Assembly: GCA_942491345.1 (NCBI GenBank)
Contig: CALOAN010000042.1
Location: 54,587-118,586, forward strand
Source of the DNA: an uncultured actinomycete
Lineage (GTDB): Bacteria; Actinomycetota; Acidimicrobiia; Spongiisociales; UBA5794
Length of the DNA: 64,000 nucleotides
Direction of reading: 5' to 3'
Shown: positions 58,297 through 64,000 of the stretch, in pieces
Layout of the letters: each line of letters starts with the position of its first letter
Position numbering within the stretch: position 1 is the stretch's first letter
Position numbers and translations under genes: made by a program
The notes under the pieces: model-generated
The model's database searches: none
Seen by the model: the letters and a program-made list of their open reading frames with translations, nothing else
What the model was told of the DNA's origin: nothing

Positions 58297-59754
58297 GTGC
58301 TGAACGAGCAGGAGATCTCCGAGATCATCGGTCGCGTCCGGGGTCGCGTGGAGGCCGTCGAAGGGCGCAGCCGGACCGGCCCCGCGTTACGCGCTGCCGC
58401 CGAGAGCGCGGCGTTGTCTTCGAAGCTCGGCGACGGCATCTACGCGAACATCGATGAGGCGATATCTGCTGCACGCCGGGCATTCTTCGCGTATCGCGAC
58501 ATGGGACTCGAGAAGCGCAGAGTGATCGTGGATGCGATGCGTTCGGCGATGCTCGCGGACGGGGAGAGGCTTGCCTATCTCGCCCGCGAAGAGACCGGCC
58601 TCGGGCGAGCGGAGGACAAGATCCTCAAGAACCGGCTCGTCACGATCCGCACGCCCGGCCCTGAGGATCTCGAGCCGCAGGCGGTGACCGGGGACTCCGG
58701 GATGATGGTCACCGAGTTCGCCCCATACGGCGTAATCGGCTCGATCTCACCCACAACGAATCCAACCTCGACAGTGATCAACAATTCGATCGCCATCATT
58801 TCGGCCGGGAATGCGGTCACGTTCAACGTGCACCCGAGCGCCAAGGATGTCTCGGTCGAGAACATCCAGGTTCTCAACCGGGCGATCATGTCGGCGGGTG
58901 GGCCTCCGGATCTCATCACGGCGATCGCTGAGCCGACGCTCGAATCGGCGAAGCGGCTGATGGCCCATCCCGACGTACCCGTGCTGCTCGTCACCGGAGG
59001 GCCGGGGGTCGTCAGGGAGGCGTTGGCGATGCCGAAGAAGGCCATCACGGCAGGTCCCGGGAATCCGCCGGCGGTGGTTGATCAGACGGCTGATATCAAC
59101 CAAGCGGGCCGCGACATCGTCCGCGGCGCTTCATTCGACAACAACATCGTATGTGTTGATGAGAAGACGACGATCGTCGTCGACAGTGTCGCGGACCGGC
59201 TCGTGCAGTCCATGACTTCGCACGGCGCCTATCGACTCAAAGAGCATGAGCTGAAACGACTGGAACGCGTGATCTTCAGAGAGATGGGCCCACAAGGGAA
59301 ACCCGGGATCATCAACCCAGCGTGGATCGGAAAGGACGCAGGAGCGATCCTCGCCGAGATCGGCGTGTCGGTCGACACCGACCTCCGCCTGCTCGTCGCC
59401 GAAGTGCCGGCAGGGCACAACCTCGTCTGGACCGAGCAGATGATGCCCGTGATGCCGGTGGTGCGAGTCAAGGATGTCGATTCCGCGATCGATCTCGCGG
59501 TGCGGTCCGAACACGGCTTTCGGCACTCCGCGTCGATCCACTCCACCAACGTCGACACGATCACCCACATGGCACGCGAGATGAACTGCTCGATCTTCAT
59601 CGCCAACGGGCCGAACATTTCGGGCCTTGGAGACGGCGGTGAAGGCTTCAGCTCATTCTCGATCGCGAGTCCGACCGGAGAAGGCCTCACCCGACCTCGA
59701 ACGTTCTCACGTATCCGGCGTGTAACCGTGGTGGGGGCGATGCGCATTGTCTGA
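58297..59754 (+). CDS. CoA-acylating aldehyde dehydrogenase (PduP/EutE-like) with an N-terminal encapsulation-peptide-like helix
   Basis: Aldehyde dehydrogenase core with catalytic Cys region (DNNIVCVDEKT) and N-terminal ISEIIGRVRGRVEAV amphipathic helix; GTG start. Confidence 0.8.
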   Translation: MLNEQEISEIIGRVRGRVEAVEGRSRTGPALRAAAESAALSSKLGDGIYANIDEAISAARRAFFAYRDMGLEKRRVIVDAMRSAMLADGERLAYLAREETGLGRAEDKILKNRLVTIRTPGPEDLEPQAVTGDSGMMVTEFAPYGVIGSISPTTNPTSTVINNSIAIISAGNAVTFNVHPSAKDVSVENIQVLNRAIMSAGGPPDLITAIAEPTLESAKRLMAHPDVPVLLVTGGPGVVREALAMPKKAITAGPGNPPAVVDQTADINQAGRDIVRGASFDNNIVCVDEKTTIVVDSVADRLVQSMTSHGAYRLKEHELKRLERVIFREMGPQGKPGIINPAWIGKDAGAILAEIGVSVDTDLRLLVAEVPAGHNLVWTEQMMPVMPVVRVKDVDSAIDLAVRSEHGFRHSASIHSTNVDTITHMAREMNCSIFIANGPNISGLGDGGEGFSSFSIASPTGEGLTRPRTFSRIRRVTVVGAMRIV

Positions 59755-60352
59755 TCCCGCAATCGCCATTGTCGAATTCGACTCGATCGCATCCGGGATC
59801 TACACCGGCGATGCGATGGTGAAGTCCTCACCGATCGGCTCGATCTACGCCGGTACCGTCCACCCCGGGCGGTACCTCGTTCTGGTATCTGGGGATACGG
59901 CGAGCGTTGAAGTGGCCCTGGAGACCGGCCGGGAAGCAGGTGCGCGATCCGTTATCGACTCGATCTTCCTGCCGGCGGTTCACGATGATGTGGTTGCGGC
60001 AATCGTGTCGCTGGTCGATGCCGCAGACTTCGAAGGCGACGCAGCAGGGATCGTCGAAACCGCCACGGTGGCCAGCGTGGTCGAGGCTGCGGACGCCGGC
60101 GTCAAGGCTGCGGCGGTATCGCTCCCTGCCGTTCGTCTCGCGGACGGACTCGGCGGTAAGGGATACGCCGTCTTCACCGGTCCGATTGCCGAAGTGGAAG
60201 CTGCGCTCGAGGCTGCCGTTGAACGAGCCACACCGACCGGCCAGCTCATTCGTCATGTCATCATCGCGCAGATTCACTCCGAGATGCGGGAGAACCTCGC
60301 TGCCGATCTGCGATTCAATCAGCGACTGGCACAGCACGCGGAGGACCGCTGA
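59747..60352 (+). CDS. BMC-T tandem-domain shell protein (PduT-like)
   Basis: Two BMC domains (AIAIVEFDSIASGIYTGDAMVKSS...; AAGIVETATVASVVEAADAGVKAAAVSL); TTG start overlapping the aldDH stop. Confidence 0.7.
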   Translation: MSDPAIAIVEFDSIASGIYTGDAMVKSSPIGSIYAGTVHPGRYLVLVSGDTASVEVALETGREAGARSVIDSIFLPAVHDDVVAAIVSLVDAADFEGDAAGIVETATVASVVEAADAGVKAAAVSLPAVRLADGLGGKGYAVFTGPIAEVEAALEAAVERATPTGQLIRHVIIAQIHSEMRENLAADLRFNQRLAQHAEDR

Positions 60353-60618
60353 TGCAACTCGGTCGCGTCACGGGGACCGTCGTTGCTTCGGTGAAGACCG
60401 AGGGCCTCGAGGGGGTCAAGTTCCTTGTCGTCCAACCGCTCGATAAACACCAGGAGCCGATCGGCAAGCCCTTGATTGCAGCGGACGCGGTGTACATGGC
60501 GGGTCCAGGGGAATTGGTCTACTTCGTGGCCTCACGTGAGGCTGCCGAGGCACTCGAGCCGAGGTTCGTGCCCGTTGACCACGCCATCGTCGGCATCGTT
60601 GACCAGGTTTCGTTGTGA
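60352..60618 (+). CDS. BMC-P vertex protein, second paralog
   Basis: [29 protein letters not shown]...AADAVYMAGPGELVYFVASREA. Confidence 0.8.
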   Translation: MQLGRVTGTVVASVKTEGLEGVKFLVVQPLDKHQEPIGKPLIAADAVYMAGPGELVYFVASREAAEALEPRFVPVDHAIVGIVDQVSL

Positions 60619-60881
60619 AGATCGGTCTCGTCTCCGGCAACGTCGTTTCGACGATCAACCACCCGTTCTTCGACGGGCATCGCCTCATGATCTGCGACCT
60701 GATCAACCCCGACGGCGAACCGGACGGCTACACGATCGCCGTTGATACGGTCGACGCCGGTGTCGGTGACACAGTCCTCATCATCGACGAGGGCAACTCG
60801 GCGCGCCAGATCTTCGGCCTTACGACCGGCCCGGTTCGCGCCGTCATCACCGGGATCATCGACTCGATCGATCAGGTGTGA
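60615..60881 (+). CDS. BMC-P vertex protein, third paralog
   Basis: MKIGLVSGNVVSTINHPFFDGHRLMICDL...AVDTVDAGVGDTVLIIDEGNSAR. Confidence 0.75.
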   Translation: MKIGLVSGNVVSTINHPFFDGHRLMICDLINPDGEPDGYTIAVDTVDAGVGDTVLIIDEGNSARQIFGLTTGPVRAVITGIIDSIDQV

Positions 60882-60902
60882 TCCGCCGGATACTCGAAGG
60901 CA

Positions 60903-61289
60903 GTGTCTAGCCTCCGCGCCGTGCTGCCCAGAAACGTCCTTGTGTTGATCGTCGTGCTTGCAGTGGCCCTATCCGCCTGTGGAGGGGGTCAGCCGGAGAC
61001 TTGTGATGAGGTCGCCGACGAGACGGTCAAGCTGATGCAAGAACTCATCGACGACGTTGAGAAGGAAGTGGGGGACGTCTCCATCGAGGACCTGCTCGCG
61101 TCCGGCGGGGATCTGCCCTCGATTGAGCACTTCGAGGAAGACTCGGAAAAGATCGACGAGCGGGCCACCGAACTTGGATGCACACCGGCCGAGATCCAGA
61201 ACGGCGTCGCCGCCCGCGCCAACCAACTCGAAGCCGACACCCCGATCGGCCAGTTCCTGATAGAAGCCATCCGCGACGGAAGCCTCTAA
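60903..61289 (+). CDS. small lipoprotein, function unknown
   Basis: Signal peptide with lipobox LSAC; acidic mature part. Confidence 0.4.
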   Translation: MSSLRAVLPRNVLVLIVVLAVALSACGGGQPETCDEVADETVKLMQELIDDVEKEVGDVSIEDLLASGGDLPSIEHFEEDSEKIDERATELGCTPAEIQNGVAARANQLEADTPIGQFLIEAIRDGSL

Positions 61290-62045
61290 CCCTCCCCTCC
61301 ACCACCGAAGGTGGGGGAGGGTGCCCGAGCGGAGCGAGGGCGGGAGGGGGCGGCCTGGGAGCTTGGATCGCGCAGATGAGGTCAGCGCCCGGGTGCCCGA
61401 GCGGAGCGAGGGGGGGAGGGGGCGGTTTGGGAGCTTGGATCGCGCAGATGAGGTCTTGCGCCCGGGTGCCCGAGCGGAGCGAGGGCGGGAGGGGGCGGTT
61501 TGGTTCTCCGTCTCCACCACGCAGTGGGGGAGACGCGACCGGACGGAAGTCCGGTCGCAGAGGGGGCGGCCTGGGAGACCGGACCCCGCCGATTTGGCCC
61601 CCCCCCGGGGTGCCCGAGCGGAGCGAGGGCGGGAGGGGGCGGCCTGGGTCTCCGTCTCCACCACGCAGTGGGGGAGACGGAGACCGGACGGAAGTCCGGT
61701 CGCAGAGGGGGCGGCCTGGGAGCCAGAATCGCGCAGATGAGGTCTTGCGCCGGGTGCCCGAGCGGAGCGAGGGCGGTAGGGGGCGGCCTGGGAGCTTGGA
61801 TCGCGCAGATGAGGTCTGGCGCCGGGGTGCCCGAGCGGAGGAGGGGGGAGGGGGCGGTTTGGTTCTCCGTCTCCACCACCGAAGGTGGGGAGACGCGACC
61901 GGACGGAAGTCCGGTCGCAGAGGGGGCGGCCTGGGAGCTTGGATCGCGCAGATGAGGTCTTGCGCCGGGGTGCCCGAGCGGAGCGAGGGGGGAGGGGGCG
62001 GCCTGGGAGCTTGGATCGCGCAGATGAGGCCTTGTGCCCGGGTGC
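61290..62045. repeat. large composite repeat array (~63-bp direct repeats interleaved with ~75-bp double-hairpin modules); same families as the 18.06-18.86 kb array
   Basis: gtgcccgagcggagcgagggcgggagggggcggcctgggagcttggatcgcgcagatgaggtc recurs at least 8 times; gtctccaccacgcagtgggggagacgcgaccggacggaagtccggtcgcag modules are inserted 3 times. Confidence 0.85.
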
Positions 62046-62096
62046 CCGAGCGTACGCAGCGAGGCGCACGGTCGAGCGATCCGCGAGACTGTGCGC

Positions 62097-62741
62097 ATGA
62101 AGATCACGTACGACGGCGGGACGGTCACCGGCGTCACAGCGGGTGAGCCGGGGGAGATCGGGGTACTGCTCGCCCACGGGGCAGGAGCGGGTCAGGACCA
62201 CCCGTGGATCGTCGCCGTTCGGGACGGTCTCGCGCGACATGGCCTGTTCGTGTTGTCGTTCAACTACCGCTACACCGAGGCTGGGAGGAAGGCTCCCGAC
62301 CGCATGCCGATGCTGGTGAACGTGCACCGAGCGGCCGCCGACCTGTTGGCGGGGGAGTGCAACGGAGTCGTGCTTGCGGGCAAGTCGATGGGTGGCCGCG
62401 TTGGGTCCCACCTAGCGGGCGACGATGGATGGCCCGCTGCGGGTCTTGTGTATTTCGGCTATCCGCTCATGCCGCCGGGCAAGGGCGATCCACGACCCAC
62501 GGATCATCTCGGGAAGATCGAGGTTCCCCAGCTGTTCTTCGCCGGCACCCGGGACCGCCTCTCTCCTCCGGAGCTGATGGCTCCGATCGCCGCTTCCGTT
62601 CCGGATGGGACATTGGAGGTCGTCGAGGACGGCGATCACTCATTCAAGGTGCTGAAGCGGAGCCCGAAGACCAACGAAGAGGTGCTCGACGACGTTGCGA
62701 ACGCTGCCGCCGATTGGATCGTCACCCGGATCGAGAGTTGA
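62097..62741 (+). CDS. alpha/beta hydrolase (dienelactone-hydrolase/KANL3-like)
   Basis: LAGKSMGGRV nucleophile elbow (GxSxG); compact ~215-aa alpha/beta fold. Confidence 0.5.
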   Translation: MKITYDGGTVTGVTAGEPGEIGVLLAHGAGAGQDHPWIVAVRDGLARHGLFVLSFNYRYTEAGRKAPDRMPMLVNVHRAAADLLAGECNGVVLAGKSMGGRVGSHLAGDDGWPAAGLVYFGYPLMPPGKGDPRPTDHLGKIEVPQLFFAGTRDRLSPPELMAPIAASVPDGTLEVVEDGDHSFKVLKRSPKTNEEVLDDVANAAADWIVTRIES

Positions 62742-62752
62742 TTCCGCGGGCT

Positions 62753-62862
62753 CACAGCGCCGTATGCGGGGTGGAGAACCCTGGGTTCGCTGCGCCGCCC
62801 ATTCCGCGGGCTGGGGGCGCCGTATGCGGGGTGGAGAACCCTGGGTTCGCGGTCCTAGCGCT
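62753..62862. repeat. 2 x ~60-bp tandem repeats, reverse complement of the 29.23 kb repeat family
   Basis: ccgcgggctcacagcgccgtatgcggggtggagaaccctgggttcgc is the reverse complement of cgaacccagggttctccaccccgtatgcggcgctgtcagcccgcgg. Confidence 0.85.
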
Positions 62863-63745
62863 TCGGGGGGATGTAGCGGCCGGAGCGGACCAGGCCATCG
62901 CTCGCTTCGAGGACCCACACTGAACCCTTCTTCCACTCCATCGGGCCGTCGAGATCCACGCCGTCCTCGGCGAGCCTCTCCATGACGGGGCCGATGACGT
63001 CGCCGTGGGTGACGACGACCGCCGACTCGCCTTGTAGTTGCTGGAACAGCTCCAGGACGCCGTCCGCGCCGGCGCCGGCACGCAGTCTCCGGTCGAGCAC
63101 ATCCGGCATTCGGATGGCGTTGACGAGGGGCTTCGCGGTCTGAACGCACCGCTGAGAGTCGGAGCTCAGAATCCGAGACACAGGATGTGCATTGAAGCGG
63201 ACTGCGAGGTCGATCGCCTGGTTCCTGCCGCGTCGGTCGAGCGGTCGCTTGCGATCCTTGTCGTTCCACTGCGGTCTTCGCACCGCCCGAGCATGTCGAA
63301 CGAGGTAGATCTTCGAGTGCGACGGGTCGTTGGTCAGTGCGTCGGCTCGCATGAGGACCTTCCTGTCGTTGGTGTACTCGAGCCGCTCCGTCGCTTTGTC
63401 GAGCGTGAGCCAGGCGATGTCGTCGACTTCACGGTTTGGACGGAACTTGCCCCCGACCATCTCCATGTGCCACCAGCGCACAACCTTGCGATTGCCGGCG
63501 TCGGTCTCGTATCCGACCGAGCCGACGTCCACGGGGCGGTTCCCCTGAATGCCGGTCTCTTCTCGCACCTCTCGCAGCGCCGCTTCGAGGAATCCTTCGC
63601 GTCGATTGAGCTTCCCCTTCGGCAGCGACCAATCGTCGTAGCGCGGGCGGTGCACGAGGAGGAACTTCCGTTTGCCGTCGCCGTTCTCCCGGTGGACGAC
63701 CCCGCCGGCTGCCATGATCGAAGCGCGGAATCGTTGGGGGCTCAT
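62855..63745 (-). CDS. NUDIX hydrolase fused to a histidine-phosphatase (SixA/PGAM-like) domain
   Basis: NUDIX box GFLEAALREVREETGI; C-terminal IYLVRHARA RHG phosphatase motif. Confidence 0.6.
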   Translation of the reverse strand: MSPQRFRASIMAAGGVVHRENGDGKRKFLLVHRPRYDDWSLPKGKLNRREGFLEAALREVREETGIQGNRPVDVGSVGYETDAGNRKVVRWWHMEMVGGKFRPNREVDDIAWLTLDKATERLEYTNDRKVLMRADALTNDPSHSKIYLVRHARAVRRPQWNDKDRKRPLDRRGRNQAIDLAVRFNAHPVSRILSSDSQRCVQTAKPLVNAIRMPDVLDRRLRAGAGADGVLELFQQLQGESAVVVTHGDVIGPVMERLAEDGVDLDGPMEWKKGSVWVLEASDGLVRSGRYIPPKR

Positions 63746-64000
63746 GGCTCGTACCGCGCCTGTTCGGCGGCCCACTCGGGAGCGACGTCATCGTGCAGTT
63801 CATCGTCGTTGATCTCGAGATTCGGGAACACGATGGTCCAGCTCCCGTCAGGGTTGGCCTCCCACGCAAGCGAGTCGTCTGCGAGGTCGACATCACCCCG
63901 CGCCCGCTGGGCAGCAAGGTCCAGGAGCCGCTGGTGTGTATCGATGCCCCGATGTGGCACAACCTTTGTCCAGCTCCCGTCGGGGTGGGCCTGCCACGCC
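63742..64000 (-). CDS. hypothetical protein, partial (extends beyond window), contains an internally duplicated segment
   Basis: ORF 63742..63960 plus a repeated WTIVFPNLEI-like coding segment again at 63960-64000. Confidence 0.2.
   Translation of the reverse strand, partial: AWQAHPDGSWTKVVPHRGIDTHQRLLDLAAQRARGDVDLADDSLAWEANPDGSWTIVFPNLEINDDELHDDVAPEWAAEQARYEP

Noticed and set aside
61290-62045. Possible CRISPR array, and the 322-aa ORF 61178..62146
   Set aside because: Repeats abut each other or are separated by copies of another repeat module rather than unique spacers. The long ORFs here translate repeat DNA (PERSEGGRGR.., GGGLGAWIAQMRS..) and are artefacts.

Overview
High-GC (roughly 68-70%) chromosomal segment of actinobacterial character, indicated by the Ni-SOD sodN/sodX pair, MurJ, Thr-rich O-glycosylation-type linkers, GTG/TTG starts and 4-nt GTGA/ATGA gene overlaps. 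From 5' to 3' it contains five blocks. (1) A cell-surface glycan biosynthesis locus (0.2-22.5 kb). It carries rfbA plus a frameshifted rfbB, a WbpB/WbpD/WbpE-like di-N-acetylated amino-sugar pathway, WecB, several GT2/GT-B glycosyltransferases, a processive QxxRW GT2 synthase and a Wzx/Wzy pair. Three genes show apparent lesions: rfbB frameshifts, an in-frame TGA in a PMT/ArnT-like membrane glycosyltransferase, and an aberrant 3' end in an SDR epimerase. (2) A striking run of eight paralogous secreted proteins (22.5-39.4 kb). Each fuses a different cell-wall-active catalytic domain (GH26-like, CAP/SCP, S8 subtilase, M23, beta-helix, SpoIID/LytB, YkuD L,D-transpeptidase, VanW) to 4-7 copies of a ~46-aa FG-GAP-like repeat. 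Consensus: [FY]xFGNPGDxPxxGD[WF][DN]GDGxDTxGxYRxSxGxxYxRNSNTQGxAD. This is the most likely undescribed system: a shared beta-propeller-type targeting module, plausibly wall-binding. (3) Housekeeping genes (39.7-53.4 kb): a DUF3048 lipoprotein, an amidase, 2-oxoacid:ferredoxin oxidoreductase KorAB, DUF402, AlkD-like, a SAM methyltransferase, sodN/sodX, murJ and two ABC ATPase/permease pairs. (4) An SPU-like bacterial microcompartment locus (55.4-60.9 kb): rpiB, deoC, a CoA-acylating aldehyde dehydrogenase, one BMC-H, two BMC-T and three BMC-P, with encapsulation-peptide-like N-termini and a divergent MerR-like regulator. (5) A family of interspersed palindromic and tandem repeat arrays at 18.06-18.86, 29.23-29.47, 39.46-39.65, 61.29-62.05 and 62.75-62.86 kb, plus a (GTCTCGT)n heptamer microsatellite at two loci (48.2 kb intergenic, 55.05 kb coding). 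No rRNA/tRNA genes or CRISPR arrays could be supported.
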